Below, piece by piece: positions 14,360-29,472 of a stretch of DNA of 64,000 bases. The translations under genes and the position numbers were made by a program. The stretch is from Eledone cirrhosa (Eukaryota), in contig OZ024749.1 of NCBI GenBank assembly GCA_964016885.1, positions 26,784,001 through 26,848,000 on the forward strand, given 5' to 3'. Positions within the stretch are counted from its first letter, which is position 1. Every line of letters starts with the position of its first letter. The notes beneath the pieces were generated by a model, which did not search any database, was not told where the DNA came from, and was given only the letters and a program-made list of their open reading frames with translations.

Positions 14360-14360
<1 letters not shown>
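13495..14360 (+). mobile_element. Helitron 3' fragment (degenerate PIF1-like helicase and 3' terminus)
   Basis: [61 protein letters not shown]-rich subterminal motif is followed by CTAG|T at 14357-14361. Confidence 0.88.
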
Positions 14361-14399
<39 letters not shown>

Positions 14400-14478
14400 A
14401 TAATAATAAATCTGAAGACTAAAATCCAAAGAGGGCTCGATAAGGATAAATATATATCAAATATATAAGAACCGTAGA

Positions 14479-15218
<740 letters not shown>

Positions 15219-15304
15219 CATATATATTTACATATATATTTATACATGGAGATGCATAAACAGACAGATAGGTAGATATAGATGCATAAGCATATTCATG
15301 TATA

Positions 15305-15371
<67 letters not shown>

Positions 15372-16232
15372 ACATAAACTCAATAATAACACAACTACCG
15401 ATTCTGTATTATCACTGAAGATTGTCTTGATAAGGTTCTACCAAAACAGGGTAGTCTTATCTTTGTTCTGTTGGAAAAAATAATAATTCTGTAATTGGCG
15501 CTAACACTAACACATGACGATTTGAAATAATGGCATTTATAAACCCATGTTCATTATATGTAAACATCTTATATATGAATTCACATGTATCTATCGCTGT
15601 TAGTCCGATGCTAATTAGCTGTGACCATATTACAATTTAAAATACTCACAGCATGACTAAATATATGCATATTTATATTATACTAAAACTCTCATATGTA
15701 TGTCTGTTTAAATGTACCTTAAATATAGTTCAAACAGTCTGTTGTACTCTAAACGTGTTTCGAATTATGCATTCTTAAATCCAGGGGATTCATGGAGCTA
15801 TTATATAACGGCTACTTTAAAGGCTCCACGCATGCGTATCTGAGACACTTATACTTAAAATAACTGCCAACATATTTTGTGGGCTAAAATTCTCGAAACG
15901 AAAGGATATTTTTTCTTACATGAATAAATAGAGAAAACTGTTTTGCATCCAATACTACAAAAATGACGTAGTTACAAATAAATGCAAGCCTACACACACA
16001 TACATACGAACAATACGTAAACACATTTACAAGACAACACGAAACACACACAGGTATACACACATACGTACATATGTGTCGTACATAAACATGTCTGGCT
16101 TGTGATCGAGGCTGACTTTTATTTTCTAGATGCATTTAATTACAGGTTAGTACAATCGACGAACTCAATTGCGTATCTGTGCATACACACTTACACACAC
16201 ACATATATATATACATACACACACACACACAT

Positions 16233-16269
<37 letters not shown>

Positions 16270-16275
<6 letters not shown>

Positions 16276-18174
16276 AGATTTGAATGGATACCGTTTAGTT
16301 GAAAGGAATTTATTGACACGTGTTTCTATAACAGTTACATAACCTAAAACAGCTGCTATCTACAAACTTTTAGTTATGCAGACATTCAATATTTCAATGT
16401 TATTATTTACTGTCATTTCATCAGAATAATATTACTGAGGACCTATTTAGTTTTTATAGAGAATATTAGGAGGGAGGGGTGAAGTTGTTAGAAGAATAGT
16501 TGAAGGAGTGGTTTTTCGATAGCAGTGAGAATTCTTGGTGGCAGTGAGTAATTAGATTCCCATCTGTTGTTTTGACAGGAAAAATTCAGCAATCTCCACG
16601 GCGGAATATACCGCGACGATGTTCTCCTCCTAGCTAAAAACCTTAATAACCAAAAACTAGAAAAACTACGCAAAGATATAAGAAAACTACTACTCGAAAT
16701 AGGACTAACTATAACATATGAATACAACCTTAAAGTAGTTAACTTCCTGGATGTCACACTCAATTTAAACTCTGGTTTGATTAAACCGTTTCATAAATTG
16801 AATGAAAATCTCAAATACGTAAATGTTGGGTCTAACCACCCCATCTCTATAATTAAATCTATCCCTAAAAATATTTCCCTTAGAATCTCGGGTCTATCTT
16901 CTAACATACAAGTATTTAAGGAACACGCCGAGTACTACGATAACGCCCTTAGTAAAGCAGGCTACCTCAACAAAATAGAGTACATAGATGGGAACAATCA
17001 AAACACCCAAAATAAATCCCACATAGGTAGATATAATAACACAACACCAAACCACACTTACTACCATAGTATGCACACCAGTAAACCAACAAACAAAACT
17101 AATAGAAAGCGATGCAAAGAGTACTTATGGTATAACCCCGAATACAATAGTTCCATTAGTACAAATTTACCAGTACTCTTCTTTAAAATAATTAAAAGAC
17201 ATTTTCCCACATCACACAAATACCACAAAATCCTAAACCCTACCACTATAAGACTGTCATACTCTACAGCGTTAAACCTTGAACAACACATAAAAAAGAT
17301 CAATACTAGAAGGTTAAACGAAAACACTAAGAACTTAAGTACAAAGAACACAAAAAAAACAGTAGACAATACACTACAGAACATAAATAAACCACACCTA
17401 AGTTCGTCCGCAATACTACTCCAGAGAAAACCCAACGTACACAACTGTAACTGCACCTATCCTGACAACTGCCCCCTCGGCAATAACTGCCTGGAAAAAA
17501 ATATTATTTATAAGTGTACCATTAAATCCGGAGGCAACGAGTGGTATTACGTGGGATCAACGGCAACATCGTTTAAATCTCGATTGTATAGGCATTCTTA
17601 CTCAATAAAACACCAGAGCCAAAGAAATGTAACAACTTTAGCAGAAAAAGCTTGGACGCTCAGGGATAGCGATCAAAAGTTTACCCTAAAATGGGAGAAA
17701 TTAGCTAAAACCCAAAGCTTTTCCAGGAGCCAAAATTTCTGCAAATTGTGTAATCTTGAGATTTATTACATAATCACACACAAGAAGAAACTGCTGAATA
17801 ACAGAATTGAACGAACATTATTCTGCCGTCACAGAACTAAAACCCTTTTTTCCCACTACAAGCCGAATATTACATAAAAGAGGGACATCCCCCAACTATA
17901 TAAACCTTAATCTAGTTAGAAAAATATAAAAATAATCTCTTCTCAACATATATTAATAACCTTAAATTACCACACTAATAATGGAAAGATATGCTGATGA
18001 GAATAGGTGCAAATATGCGATAATGAATGTGTCTAAAAACGTCCATAAGTATGTATATATATGTGAAAATGTATATAAATAAGTAAATATATATATATGT
18101 TTGATGTGTATAGTTAGATGTAAGTGTATTCATGTATTAAAGTGCTTATATATATGTGTATATATATATGTATA

Positions 18175-18207
<33 letters not shown>

Positions 18208-19053
18208 GTATATGTATATATATATGTATATGTATATATATATGTGTATATGGATGTGTATGTATGTGTATGTGTGTACACATGGCCTAGAGTAAGTATG
18301 TATATATGTGTGTGTCTATACATGTGTATATAAAGATAAGTTGAGTATGAAAATGTATACACATTGTATCTACATGAATACATGTGTGTATATATATGTG
18401 TATGCATGTGTATATATATGTAAGTATGAATATGTAAATTGTGAGTATATGTATTTTGTAGAGGTGTGCAAATATATTTGTGTGTGAATGCGTGGGTGAA
18501 AGGATACGTACACTTGAAAGAAAAATTTAAGTCTGAATGTTAATTAAGTGCAAACACAAAACCAACCACGCATATCTTTACTATCTCTAATCCTTCTATA
18601 GATTTAGAAAAATAACCAATAATATATTCTATAAAAAATGTCAAAACAACAGATGGGAATCTAATTACTCACTGCCACCAAGAATTCTCACTGCTATCGA
18701 AAAACCACTCCTTCAACTATTCTTCTAACAACTTCACCCATCCCTCCTAATATTCTCTATAAAAACTAAATAGGTCCTCAGTAATATTATTCTGATGAAA
18801 TGACAGTAAATAATAACATTGAAATATTGAATGTCTGCATAACTAAAAGTTTGTAGATAGCAGCTGTTTTAGGTTATGTAACTGTTATAGAAACACGTGT
18901 CAATAAATTCCTTTCAACTAAACGGTATCCATTCAAATCTTTCTATTTTTCTCCGGATTACTTTTGGAACTACAACTGGAACCGTCGAGCAAACTCTACG
19001 TGAGCTGATAATCTACTGTGTGTAATATTTATATTACAACACAACGGAAAATA

Positions 19054-19057
<4 letters not shown>
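16270..19057 (+). mobile_element. Naiad-type Penelope-like element, 5'-truncated, with an inverted copy of its 3' region at the 5' junction
   Basis: 16270-16577 is a near-perfect reverse complement of 18639-18946. There is an internal RT/EN frame and (TA)n on both flanks. Confidence 0.9.
16579..17877 (+). CDS. Open 3' half of Penelope RT plus GIY-YIG endonuclease (no natural start)
   Basis: The frame reads [63 protein letters not shown] without a stop. Confidence 0.85.
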   Translation, partial: EKFSNLHGGIYRDDVLLLAKNLNNQKLEKLRKDIRKLLLEIGLTITYEYNLKVVNFLDVTLNLNSGLIKPFHKLNENLKYVNVGSNHPISIIKSIPKNISLRISGLSSNIQVFKEHAEYYDNALSKAGYLNKIEYIDGNNQNTQNKSHIGRYNNTTPNHTYYHSMHTSKPTNKTNRKRCKEYLWYNPEYNSSISTNLPVLFFKIIKRHFPTSHKYHKILNPTTIRLSYSTALNLEQHIKKINTRRLNENTKNLSTKNTKKTVDNTLQNINKPHLSSSAILLQRKPNVHNCNCTYPDNCPLGNNCLEKNIIYKCTIKSGGNEWYYVGSTATSFKSRLYRHSYSIKHQSQRNVTTLAEKAWTLRDSDQKFTLKWEKLAKTQSFSRSQNFCKLCNLEIYYIITHKKKLLNNRIERTLFCRHRTKTLFSHYKPNIT

Positions 19058-19105
<48 letters not shown>

Positions 19106-19119
19106 TTATTTATTTATCT

Positions 19120-20163
19120 ATTTATTAAAATAACAGATTAAAGTTTAAGCAAAGAATCGCTGCTTTCACCCTTACAGCCTTCTTTAAAGGCTTCAACCTC
19201 TCCATACAGGTTGAGGCCAACCTCTCGGTCGTTAATTACCTCGACGTTACCCTCAATTTGTCGAATGGCTTGCACTACCCGTATAGAAGGCGGAGTGATA
19301 CGGTTAATTACATTAGTAAGCATTCTAACCATCCTGCCAGCATATCCAAGAACCTGGTAAGAAACGTTTCTTTGAGGCTTTCCCGTCTATCTACAAACGA
19401 GCATATTTTCACCGACCATTCCATATATTACAATGAATCTCTTGCTCGGAGTGGATTTGTCGATAAGGTAGCATATACTAAGTATGAGCATAAACCTAGG
19501 AAAAATAGATCCCGACGCATTATGTGGTATAACCCACCATATAATATGGAAGTGGCCACACCATTAACTAAGATCTTTCCCTCCTTATTAAGAAGTATTT
19601 CCACTTAGCACATAAATATAATAAAATTTTTAATAGAAATACCATTAAAATATCTTACTCTACGACCCCTAATTTTGCACATAACATCACTGCTTCAAAT
19701 TTAGCTAAATTACCTAGCCGTAGGAACACGTGCAACTGTAATTGTAGGAATCAGGTTGACCGCCCTCTATCCGGGAAATGCCTCTCCAGTAACATTGTCT
19801 ACAAATGTAAGGTCCCGTAGGGCCTACATAGGGTTAACCGCCAATAGATTCAAGCAGCGTCTTTACAGGCACACCCATTCTTTTCTTAACCCCTTAAGAA
19901 GGAATATGACGTCACTTTCAGCTTATATCTGGAGTCTAAAAGACAACCACACCCAATATAGGTTACGCTGGGAGATCCTAGCTAAGGCTAGCTCGTATAA
20001 CGGAAATAAAAGACCATGCGATCTTTGCGCCGCTGAAGCCCTGGAAATACTCTACGCCAATGACCACATCTTAAACAAAAAATCTGAGGCAATTTCGGCT
20101 TGTAAACACAAATTGCATAAAACTTTCCTGTATTACAGCCCCACTTTACACCCTAACGGATAG
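19120..20163 (+). mobile_element. Third Naiad-type Penelope-like fragment (frameshifted thumb and GIY-YIG) with a short inverted pseudo-LTR at the 5' junction
   Basis: VNYLDVTL, SNHP, WYNPP, CNCNC, AYIGLT..FKQRLYRH, CDLC..E, ILN, CKH. 19120-19175 matches the 2641 family. Confidence 0.88.
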
Positions 20164-20989
20164 TACGAACGATACGCGGATAATTTACGTCTTGATGTGG
20201 TAGCTAAGTATATTTGATGTTTATACCATTACTTATTTGTATATTAGTTATTAAGTATTTCTTACCTGTATGTTTTTGAAGGTGCGTATACTTTCTCGTA
20301 CGTATATATGCTTGTATTTGTTATAGGTGTATATATAGGTGTATATATCTTATTATATATACTGGTATTATGTGTATATGTGTATTTTGTGTTTGTGTGT
20401 GTATGCGTGTATGCGTGTTTACACGTATGTAAGGTGTGTATATGTGTACATTGTGTTTTGGTTGACGTACGTTTGGTGAATATATGTGTATTGACCTGCA
20501 GGTATGTGTGTGCGTGCGCTATATATGTATTTATGTGTGTATATTTATATACGTTTAAATAAATATATGTATACATACACACACACACACACATATATAT
20601 TTCTTTTTATGTGTATTTGGTGTATACGTTCGTATGTGTGCGGGTACATATGTCGCGCGGGTTTATGTATGTGTGCGCGCTTCTATGTGTACGTGTATGT
20701 ATATGCATGAATGGCGGGTGTTTTCGCGTATGCACGTGATTGTACGTATATGGATGCGTGTATGTATATATTTATTTATTATTGATTTTAATAACTTCTG
20801 TCATTTTCGTTCTACTAATTTATTTACATTATTCTTAACTCTGAGGTTAACTTTGCCTTTCATCCTTACGGGGTCCATAAAATAAAGTACCACTTATGTA
20901 CTGTGTAATTGCTGGCCTTGTGCCACAAGTAGAAACAATTGTATGTATTGGTAGAGAGATATAGGGATATATACATATAAACATACACG

Positions 20990-21050
<61 letters not shown>

Positions 21051-21203
21051 AGGCACATGGCTTAGTGGTTAGAGCATTGACCTTGCAATCGAAAAGTTGT
21101 GATGTGTTGTTTCCTAGAGCAAGGCATTTTATTTCACATTGCTCCAGTTTAGTTAGCTGTAGAAATGAGATGTGTGGTATATATATATATATATATAGTG
21201 TGG

Positions 21204-21244
<41 letters not shown>

Positions 21245-21839
21245 TGGTATATATACATATATAGTGTGGTATATATATATATATAAATATATATATATTT
21301 ATATATACATACATATATAGTGTGGTATATATTATGTATATATATATATATATTATATATATGTATATATAAATATATATATATTTAAAACTGCCGGCAC
21401 TAGTATCGAGCACCTTTGGCATACGCTACTTGGCAAATAACTATCCTCCCCTTTTTTTCTCTCTCTCGATACGTAAATACTGTATAAATATATATATATA
21501 TTTATATATATATTTATATATATATATATAGTAATAATAATAAAATTGAAGACTAAAATCCAAAGAGGACTCGATAAGGAAAATATATATCAAATATATA
21601 AGAACCGTAGAGCAAATATTTATTAAAATAACAGATTAAAGTTTAAGCAAAGAATCGCTGCTTTTTCCCAGCGAACGTTTCCACGAACCAAAGTATCGTC
21701 TTCCTGTCTTCCTCCGGTTGCAACGTTTTTTGAAATATCCAGTTCTGCGTTTACAGATTGACTTTGTTAGTTTCAGAAGATCCCGTTAAGGGTGAAAGCA
21801 GCGATTCTTTGCTTAAACTTTAATCTGTTATTTTAATAA

Positions 21840-21917
<78 letters not shown>

Positions 21918-21938
21918 ATATATATAAATATATATATT

Positions 21939-21970
<32 letters not shown>

Positions 21971-22539
21971 TATATAGTATGTGTGATATATATATATACC
22001 ACAACGACCACCATCTTCGCTCATTATAAGGGCGTTACTAGTTGCTTCAAGCCGAAGAACCTCGAAACTTCCATCAAATTCTGGTTCTGTTTGTTTGCTT
22101 CTTCTGTCGAATCTAAATCATACCAGCTGTTCACTGGCGGAATGTCTCAACGTCTGTGTCAGTGTGTGCATATGTGTGTCTCTGTGAGTGGGGGGGGATC
22201 AGTGTGTACGTATCTGTCAGCGTGTGCGGCTGTGTGTCTCTGTGAGAGTGTGTGTAGGAGGGTGTCACTGTGTACGTATCTGTCAGCGTGTGCGGCTGTG
22301 TTTCTATGTGAGAGTGTGTGTGTGGATGGGGGGGGGGGGGTAAGTGTGTACGTATCTATCAGCGTGTGCGGCTGTGTGCATATGTGTGTCTGTGTGTGTG
22401 TGTGTGTGTGTGTGTATTAAAGCACCTGCGTATGTTTTGTTTGGTTGTGTCTGCCGGTGCATGCAATATATATATATATATATTTATATATTCGCATGTA
22501 TGTATATGTACGTATGTATGTGTGTATATATATATATGT

Positions 22540-23134
22540 CAAGTCACCAGTTGGTGCTACTGGTAACATGTATCCCAGTACAACCTGTCTCATGGTCGGG
22601 TCGTTGGCGACTAAACTGGCAACCCCACCAAGGTTTCTTGATGAGGAGGGTGACTTTGGACATCCTGCAGGACTAAAAACAAAACCTGTCAAAGGGCAAA
22701 GGAGCTCTTAAGAGTCAATGGCCATCCAAAATCACCGGGAGAGATGACCCCTTAGCCTTTGTCAAGGGAGAAGGAAAACTCTAATATAACACCTGCAACC
22801 CTGATGGTATCCAATGATGTTGACTTGTTCTTCTTTTTGGTAAATATCATCTTGGTTAAGAGAGTGGGACTGGCTTTGTGCAGTGCCTTTGCTCACTATA
22901 AAAGCTTCACGGCACAGGCATTGCTTTATATCTGGAGATCTCTCTGCACTTGTCGTGACATGGTACCATGGGCCCAGTACTATGTGTCAATAATTGTCAC
23001 AAGTGTAGTGTTTGTACCAGAGTTTTCAAGTCGCTGGCTGGACTAAAAAGTCACACTCGTTCAGCGCATCGGTAGGGGTTCTCCTACATGGATATAAAGT
23101 AGTGGCCGTACTCGAAAACGAGTTGGCAGCCACC
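22540..23134 (+). mobile_element. Probable retroelement remnant (RTE 5' UTR-like) between (TA)n tracts
   Basis: Higher-GC island bounded by TA repeats. ggagaaggaaaactct resembles RTE leaders from recall only; no recognisable ORF. Confidence 0.3.
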
Positions 23135-23239
23135 ATATATATATATATATATATGTATATATAGCGAGACAGATATATAGATAGATAGATTATGTATATA
23201 TATATATATATAAATGTGTGTGTGTGCCTGTATATAGGC

Positions 23240-23291
<52 letters not shown>

Positions 23292-23443
23292 TTGTGTATG
23301 TATGTATTAGTGTGTATACACATATTTAGATATATGTATGTATATATATATAAGCAGTGTTTGAGTGTGTATGTATTTATACATATACATACATATGTAT
23401 ATATTGCTGTAATATGTATATACACATATATATATATACACAC

Positions 23444-23770
23444 ATCATTTTACGTCCGCTTTTCCCTGCTTGCAAGGGTGGGACGGGAACTGAATCTGGC
23501 TTGATTTCTACAGCTGGATGCCCTTCCTAACACCAACCTCATTTACAGTGAGTGCTGGGTGCTTTTTTGCCGTGGCACCTCCACGTCCACTTTGCAGTGG
23601 AATGATAGGGACCCCAGCCGCTATCATCTCATTTCTACAGCTGAGTAAACTGGAGCAATGTGAAATAAAGTGTCTTGCTCAAGGAAACCACACATCACCC
23701 GGTCTGAGAATTGAACTCACAACCTTTCGATTGCAAAGCCAATGCTCTAACCACTAAGCGATGTGCCTCC
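23444..23770 (-). mobile_element. SINE family A (tRNA-like head, (GAT)n tail); other copies near 21049(+), 24157(-), 26989(+), 31078(-), 40356(+), 51355(-), 63665(-)
   Basis: Head has A-box-like TGGCTTAGTGG and B-box-like GTTCAATTC. Copies are highly similar to each other. Confidence 0.88.
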
Positions 23771-24409
23771 ATATATATATATATGTGTGTATATACAGTA
23801 ATATATACACTCACATTACAATACATTATACAGTAGATAACACGTGTGAATGTTTGTTTATATTTCACCCATTGCCTAGTTACCATATTAATTAGTAGTC
23901 TGATTAAAGTCATTGGGAAGGGTGTGGCAGGTGTAGCGGTTGTTGTGGTTGTAGTGTGAGGAGGGTGGTAGAGTGGGGACGGTGTGAGTGCTTATGTTAA
24001 AGAGGGGGAGGAAATAAGGAAGTAGAGGGGGAATGAGGGAAGTAGTGGGGAAGAGGAGTAAAGGAATTTGGTTATGTGGCATATTTCAGTGCATAACACT
24101 TACACTGGCAGTATATATATAAAAATATTTGTGTGTGTGTATAAGTGTATATGTGACCATCATCATTTTACGTCCGCTTTTCCCTGGTTGCAAGGGTGGG
24201 ACGGGAACTGATTCTGGCTTGATTTCTACAGCTGGATGCCCTTCCTAACACCAACCTCATTTACAGTGAGTGCTGGGTGCTTTTTTGCCATGGCACCTCC
24301 ACGGCCACTTTGCAGTGGAATGATAGGAAACAACACATCACCCGGTCTGAGAATTGAACTCACAACCTCGATTGCAAGGCCTATGCTCTAACCACTAAGC
24401 CATGTGCCT

Positions 24410-25908
<1,499 letters not shown>

Positions 25909-25909
25909 A

Positions 25910-26913
25910 ATATTGTTATACTTTGGGAGGGTCATGTTGCCAATAAGAAACACACGCACCAGTTGCTTTCACTTCAATTTATTATATATTTATAAATTTA
26001 TAAATTTACAAATCTACAAACTTATAAATTTCTGGTTGGTTGGTTGGTTCCACAACCAGATAGTTGTTTATATATAGTCATAGTCCTTTCGTCACACACT
26101 CTGTGACCTCTTCAGTGACTGGGGATTCCTTTCTTTGTTTCTGTGCCTTTCCTTTCTTCTGTCCTACGCCATTTTGTTTCTGTGTGTGTGTTGTGTGCTC
26201 AGTTTGCGCATGCGCCACATCTGGGTGTCTGTGTGTTTGTGTTCATTTATCTATTTGTTTATTTATTTACATGTTGTTGGTTGGTTGTTTGTTCTATGTG
26301 TGTGTGTGTTTTCATTTTGTCCTTAATTGTAAGTTGTGATGTTGCTGTTCCACTCATATTTTCTATTTAATTTTGGTTGTAATTCTTTTATGCTTTCTGC
26401 CTCTGTAATTTGCCTAAACATTGCATCTTTTCTGTGTGTGGATTCTATTTTTATTTCTATGTTCTCTAATTTACCCTTGTGTTCTATCTTAGCATGTTGG
26501 TAGAGTACAGATGATTCTTTATTATCTTGAAGGTCTCGCCAGTGTTCATTTATCCGTTCCCCTATACTACGAGCTGTCTCACCTATGTACACTATATTTT
26601 TGTTTCTACATTGTCCTTCTGTACATCTTATGCTATACACTACATTTCTAGTTTTACAGTTAATATGGGGGCTTATTTTACAGGTTATACATTTCTTATC
26701 GATACATGAGGGTCTTTGGAACGGGTATGTCTTGCTAATAAGTGTTTTTATGGAGGTACCTGGTCTTTCTACTATCTTAATATTGAGTTTATGTTTATTT
26801 AGGGCCCTTCTAAATTTGTAGGCTAGTTCGCTCTAGGGGTTGTATTGATGAACATTACACTGTGGTATTTATTGCTATCATACCATGAGTTTATTCTATT
26901 GGCCTTGTACCTA

Positions 26914-26915
<2 letters not shown>
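25910..26915 (-). mobile_element. Penelope-like 3' fragment of a non-Naiad type (GIY-YIG and 3' region with hammerhead)
   Basis: YSIRC..C..VYIGETARSIGERINEH..LYQH..H..RQITEA..I..P.LN, with upstream IKIVERPG and a Cys-rich linker. Confidence 0.85.
26076..26120 (-). ncRNA. Minimal type I hammerhead ribozyme
   Basis: agtca CTGAAGA g gtcaca-gagtg-tgtgac GAAA GGAC TA tgact: 5-bp stem I, 6-bp stem II, minimal stem III, CUA site. Same strand as the GIY-YIG ORF and downstream of it. Confidence 0.75.
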
Positions 26916-26988
<73 letters not shown>

Positions 26989-26989
<1 letters not shown>

Positions 26990-27327
26990 GAGGCACATGG
27001 CTTAGTGGTTAGAGCATTGGCCTTGCAATCGAAAGGTTTTGAGTTCAATTCTCAGACCGAGTGATGTGTTGTTTCCTTAAGCAAGACACTTTATTTTACA
27101 TTGCTCCAGTTTACTCAGCTGTAGAAATGAGATGATAGGGACTGGGGTCCATATCATTCCACTGCAAAGTGGACGTGTAGGTGCCACGGCAAAAAAAGCA
27201 CCCAGCACTCACTGTAAATGAGGTTGGTGTTAGGAAGGGCATCCAGCTGTAGAAATCAAGCCAGAATCAGTTCCCGCCCCACCCTTGCAACCAGGGAATA
27301 GCGGACGTAAAATGATGATGATGATGA
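26989..27327 (+). mobile_element. SINE family A, full-length copy
   Basis: Runs from the head ggaggcacatggcttagtgg to the tail ggacgtaaaatgatgatg. Confidence 0.88.
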
Positions 27328-27583
27328 TATATATATACATATATATATAAGGTAGTACCATGTGCTTACATCGTATTTGACTACATAGATTAGTTTGTTA
27401 GTTGGGATTTTAAAAAACCCTCTGAATGGAAAAAAGGATGAATATTGAGGTACATGAGACACGAACCCACATCTTTGATGGCGGTGATGATGTTGGTGGT
27501 AGTGATGGTGGTGGTGGTGGTGGCGATAGTGATGATTCTAGATTGCTTTTTTTTAAACGACAATCTTTTTTTCTGTAATTCAA

Positions 27584-27900
27584 CCCTTTAGCATTTACAT
27601 TTCTCGATATTTACAATTATATTTTTACAGTAAAGGCTTTACTTCACATAATTATCTCACATATCGAATCTGAGATTTTGATATCATTCATTTTGAGAAC
27701 AATCCCTTAACATAAGTATGAGTGGCTTTACCTCACATAATATCGAGTCTGAGATAATTATCTTACATAATATCAAATCTGAGATTATTTATTTTGAGAA
27801 CAATACCTTAATAGAAGTATGAGTAGCCAGTTACAACTAATTTAAACAGAAAGAGGTGAGAGAATTATGGCTGGATATGGCTGGTTTAAATGCTAAAGGG
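27584..27900. mobile_element. piggyBac-like MITE
   Basis: TIRs CCCTTTAGCATTTA / TAAATGCTAAAGGG followed by TTAA; the left site is TCAA. Confidence 0.7.
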
Positions 27901-27979
27901 TTAACATGAGAGATCAAGAAAATGCGGGGCGAGGGGGTGAAAAAGACATAGACTAAATGAAGAAACACATAAATTATAA

Positions 27980-27985
27980 TTTATT
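27980..27985 (-). promoter_or_regulatory. Candidate HCCS polyadenylation signal
   Basis: AATAAA about 80 nt after the stop codon. The region is AT-rich, so chance is possible. Confidence 0.4.
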
Positions 27986-28067
27986 TATGAACTTAACATA
28001 AAAAAAAAAATTTAAATTAAAAAAAAAATCGTTTCTGTGAGTTTAGAAACTTCAAATACTGTGTGTT

Positions 28068-28377
28068 TCAACTGGCATTTCCAGAGGAATCTGAGGAAGA
28101 ATTATCATGCGTTGATCCTGGCTGCATGTGAGTTACGGCACCTGGCCCAATGTTTTGTCGGTCCTTGGGCGTGAACGCAGCAGCCCACCGAAGCATCGAT
28201 GCTCGCATCCTGTCCCAGCAAGCGCCCCACGAATCAAAAGCAGGCCTTACATCCAATATTGTGAACTGGAAATTCGACATATCCACCTGTCCACCGTCAT
28301 AGTAGTCAATGATGTAACGCACCTCTCGACCACACCGGTCAACTACCCAGTCATGACGGTCAAATGGCAAGGAGTAA
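28068..28377 (-). CDS. HCCS: Holocytochrome c synthase, coding exon 5 (last)
   Basis: Acceptor ttccag|[40 protein letters not shown] is the CCHL signature. Ends at TGA. Confidence 0.97.
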
Positions 28378-28841
28378 CTGGAAAAAATAAATAATAATAA
28401 TAATAGTAATTGTTTCTACTTTTGGCTCAAGGCCAGCAATTATCCCATTACTGGTACTTTATTTTATCAACCCCGTAAGGCTGAAAAGTAAAGTTAACCT
28501 TGGCGGGATTTGAACTCAGACCGTAAAGGGCCGTAACTCTATGCTGCAAAGCATGGCGTCCGACCCTCTAACGATACTGTCAGGTGACATTAAAGACGAT
28601 ACAGGACGATATTGTGGGTTTTTTTTGTGTAAAAAAGAATTTATAACAGAGATTAAGAAAATAAACATTTAAAAAAAAAACAAACATAACAAATTCCCCA
28701 AAGGTGAGGAGACTCCAGGGGGTACTCGTGGAGAAAGCACACAAAAGCCACGGTCACCCTGACCACTAGGGCTAACACCCTCTCCCAGTTGTCCTCCTTC
28801 AATACTACTGGTACACGCTCAGGATAAGCCCATTCAAATAA

Positions 28842-29058
28842 TAATGGTTTCTTATATAGGCACAAGGCCAGCAATTTGGGGGGAGGGGAAAGTCGATCAA
28901 ATCGACTCCAGTGCGTGACTGGTACTTTATTTTATCGACCCCGTAAAGATAAAAGGCAAAGTTAACCTCGGTGGGATTTGAACTCAGAACGTAAAGGGCC
29001 GTAACTCTATGCTGTAAAGCATGGTGTCCGACCCTCTACCGATACTGCCAATCCACCG
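28842..29058 (-). mobile_element. SINE family B (tRNA-like head, core GCCTTTCATCCTTACGGGGTCGATAAAATAAAGTACC); other copies near 13328, 20838, 28408, 37110, 45348, 49928, 50365, 50828, 53362, 54716, 56780, 57590, 61250
   Basis: More than a dozen mutually similar copies with B-box-like GAGTTCAAATCC. The core resembles the Nin-type SINE domain (recall). Confidence 0.85.
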
Positions 29059-29472
29059 CCCATTCAAATAATAATGGTTTCTGATTTAGGTACAAGACCA
29101 ACAATTTTGGTGAAGGGAAAATTTGATTAAATCGATCTCACACAGGCTTATATAATCACACACACACAGACTTAAACACACACACACATTCAATGACACT
29201 CACACATGCACACAATCTTACACACACTCACACAGATACACATGAAGGAATATATATCAACATGTGGCTCTACATGTTGATCCTGGCTGGATGTGAGTTA
29301 CAGCACCTGTATCAATGTTTTGTCGGTCCTCGGGCATGAACGCAGTAGTAGATCAAACCTTGAGCTGATCAATCGTGAAACACACATCACACCTTAATAA
29401 ACGTAATGAAGATCTAACACTTCGTCCTTTTTATTATTAGTATTACATGCTGTTTAGTACAACATCAATATA

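Noticed and set aside
26989-27062. tRNA-like sequence
   Set aside because: It is the head of a multi-copy SINE and continues into the SINE body.
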